A stretch of 64,000 bases of DNA from Utricularia gibba (lineage: Eukaryota > Plantae > Magnoliophyta), in NCBI GenBank assembly GCA_002189035.1, contig NEEC01000027.1:248001-312000 (forward strand), given 5' to 3'. The notes beneath the pieces are model-generated. The model was not told where the DNA came from. It made no database searches and saw only the letters and a list, made by a program, of their open reading frames with translations. Numbering within the stretch: the first letter of the stretch is position 1; each line of letters starts with the position of its first letter. Position numbers and translations under genes: made by a program. Shown one piece after another: positions 61,576 through 64,000 of the stretch.

Positions 61576-62412
61576 ATGGATCTGAGTGATAAGGTAATCT
61601 ACGGCCCTCCTCAACAGGATATGTTTTACTTTCACAATGGTTTTAGCATGCAGCAGTGTTTTTAATTTAAAGCCCTCCCTGATCTTGATTTTTTCTTATT
61701 TTTTGTAGGGTTCTGAGTGCGAAGAAATGAGTGGAAGCCCAGATAGGGTTTCTTCCGGTACCAGGACCTGTGTTGACTGCGGTACGTCTAAAACCCCACT
61801 GTGGCGAGGTGGTCCTGCTGGCCCTAAGGTCCATTCCCTTCTTTGAATATCACCATTTAGCTTCAGTAGAATAAAACCTGAATCATGTTTTTCTAGAGTG
61901 GTTTCGTGCTGATTGCGCATGTTTACTTCAAAGAATTTTAAATGTTCGGATAAATTGCTTGATCAAAAGTAGCTAAAGAGCAATCACTTTGGTTTATTGG
62001 GTGATTGTCTTTCATGTTCTCGCGAGTGAAATGATTCGGATGCTTGATTGTTGACTCCTGCTGTAGTCATCCATTATTAAAGAGTACCTGTCTACAATCT
62101 CACATCTGATGCGATCCGGTCCCCTGTTTCGTGTCTGTGCAGTCACTTTGCAACGCCTGCGGAATCAGGAGCAGGAAAAAGAGAAGAGCCTTAATGGGTA
62201 CGTCAAAAGAGGTGAAGAAACCCAAGAAATCATCAAGCAGCAGCAGCAGCAGCGGGGACAGCGTCTTGCGGAACAGAGACGGACTGTGGTCGTTGACCAG
62301 AGACGTGGCCGTGAGGCCCAGATCAAACACCAACCGGAGGAGGAAACTCGGAGAAGAAGAACAAGCGGCTTTTCTTCTGATGGCGTTATCATGTGGCTCT
62401 GTGTATGCGTAA
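61576..62412 (+). CDS. Short LLM-domain B-GATA transcription factor (GATA15/16/17-like), 3 exons
   Basis: Exons 61576-61593, 61709-61828 and 62143-62412. [29 protein letters not shown] zinc finger and a C-terminal EEEQAAFLLMALSCG. Confidence 0.94.
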
Positions 62413-63481
62413 GTCATGTTAGCGGCTTGTGGTGTATTGTAGCAGCATTCTCTTAGATTGATGTTCAAAACCTTCCAAAGCCCAAATCAAATGAAGACTA
62501 CAAGATGCATTAATTACAAAAATAAATAAACTATTTCACGGATAAAAAGCAAAAATGTCACAATTCTTAATCCTGATTTCAGTCTTTATATTTTTCTTAC
62601 AGCCAAAAATATCTTAATATAATGAGATATCGGAACCCAATTTGGAGATGTGTTAACATAATTTGTTGCAAATTTATGTTTTCTCTTAAAATGTCATTTT
62701 TTACATTTTTTTATATAATTAATAATTTATGACTCAACAATCTAAAATATTAATTATACCTTCTATTTTCAATATTAAATTATATTAATGTCATTGAGAT
62801 GGTTTAATTTGCAGATATTTGTCAAGTTGAACGTGTATGGAACGAGTTTATAGTATATAGATGCGGGTGAATTCGAAGAGTTATCTAATACAAAAATTAT
62901 ATTTTTTTATCAAATTAATTGGGTAACCAACCAAATGAAATCAAAACTTATTCATTAAGTCAATTCGTGTTAGTATATAAACTATCTAATGATTTGAGTT
63001 AACTTATAATTCAGGACAGGTTTAACATAAACATACATAGACTCGGTATCTTTCAAATTGCAATTTTGTATGTTGATTTGATGGGTCACATGTTCACCTT
63101 TAGTTTACCCAGAGTACTAATAAGATCAACTTATGTCGAAAACCCAGGTATAACAGATATTTTAAGAAAACATAGGTATCAAGCATTCATTTTATATTAC
63201 ATCTACCATTTCACCCTATAAAAAAGTCGGAATTTATAAACGTGTTAAATCTCACATTCCGAAAGTAATGAAAATTAACACGATGATTGAGTCGGATGGA
63301 CGTTTTAAATAAGTAAACTTGCTTTACATTTACCACTAACGGCTGATTATTACAGCAGCATGCATGCGTTGCGCAGCAGCGTTTACAGTCGTAGCTTATC
63401 TAACAGGGGCGAGGGTAAAAGGATGATGCATCAGGAAGGATCCTGGAATTTACAGGGCCAGGCAGGCACGCAGGCAGCAGC

Positions 63482-63721
63482 TCAGTAGCCCTTCGGAACA
63501 CTCACGTAGTGAACTTCAGACTTCTGGGGATAGTAAACATACCCCCACTGCGTCTGCGTCTGCATCTGCATCTGGGGCTCCCTTTCGATGAAATTTCTGG
63601 GCGCAGGGGGATGCCCGATTCTCGGTTTTTGCGGCTTCCCGGGGCCGAAGAAGTCGTCGATTATCCCAAACCCCTCCCTGCCGATCTTCGCAAGCTCCGC
63701 AGCCGTGTGACTACGAACCAT
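63482..63721 (-). CDS. Small uncharacterised plant protein (~79 aa); 3' end uncertain
   Basis: MVRSHTAAELAKIGREGFGIIDDFFG resembles a small eudicot family motif as I recall it (LAxIGxEGFxxID). TATATAA lies on the minus strand at 63784-63778, about 57 bp upstream. Confidence 0.5.
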   Translation of the reverse strand: MVRSHTAAELAKIGREGFGIIDDFFGPGKPQKPRIGHPPAPRNFIEREPQMQMQTQTQWGYVYYPQKSEVHYVSVPKGY

Positions 63722-64000
63722 CCTGATCACTCAAAGAACTGTCTCGAGTTTCCCCTGTGGTAACGGAGTGCAGTCAGTTATATAGAGAGGAGGGAGGGCA
63801 GCATCTACCCTTTCACAGGGAGACCATATGCTATGCTTTTTCTATCCCCTTCTCAGGCATCGTGAAGTTTCAAAGGATGTTGGAGGGAATAGGCGGGGGT
63901 TCCTCCTCATCTCTATGCACAAAAGTTATTCCCTCGGCTAAGGGTAAGGTGAGCAAGAGGGTCGATTATTCCCCCGTCAACATGAAGATTCGTTAGTTAA

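Noticed and set aside
62500-63300. Long AT-rich intergenic stretch (also 16820-17240 and 22940-23200) as possible transposon relics
   Set aside because: No terminal repeats, coding remnants or internal repeats recognisable by eye.
1-64000. Prokaryotic features (CRISPR arrays, operons, IS elements, rRNA/tRNA genes)
   Set aside because: The sequence is spliceosomal-intron-rich plant DNA. I saw no regularly spaced direct repeats, transposase ORFs or tRNA T-loop/cloverleaf patterns by eye; tRNAscan was not run.

Overview
This is eukaryotic plant nuclear DNA from a eudicot with a very compact genome, not prokaryotic DNA. It holds about 19 intron-containing or single-exon protein genes in 64 kb, with many introns of 70-120 bp and intergenic gaps often under 1 kb. 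That is compatible with a miniaturised genome such as Lentibulariaceae, but the species cannot be determined from sequence alone. Gene order: DUF810/Munc13-like (partial), WD40, GT43 IRX9L-like, RGLG RING ligase, an uncharacterised protein, STY/ATN1-like kinase, YciO-like, mitochondrial phosphate carrier, EXO70C, a VPS13 remnant, UPL6, RFC3, a P-class PPR, an AIF-type atypical bHLH, a C/D snoRNA cluster, a conserved membrane protein, PP4R3/PSY2L, plastid LPD, CAMTA5/6, an LLM-GATA and a small uncharacterised ORF. I traced most exons by hand. The most notable non-obvious signals are: (1) a snoRNA cluster invisible to the ORF track (snoR66-like and snoR118/SNORD88-like); (2) an intact GT43 gene that has lost its DxD motif, catalytic Glu and C-terminal His, so a probable pseudoenzyme; (3) a two-exon, frameshifted VPS13 relic; (4) an intron in a normally intronless bHLH family; and (5) four frameshifting deletions in otherwise intact conserved genes (RFC3, PPR, PP4R3, CAMTA). 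Three of the four lie in short G/C homopolymers, so assembly error is more likely than real gene loss. I found no convincing wholly new multi-gene system. Family names come from remembered protein motifs; no database search was run.
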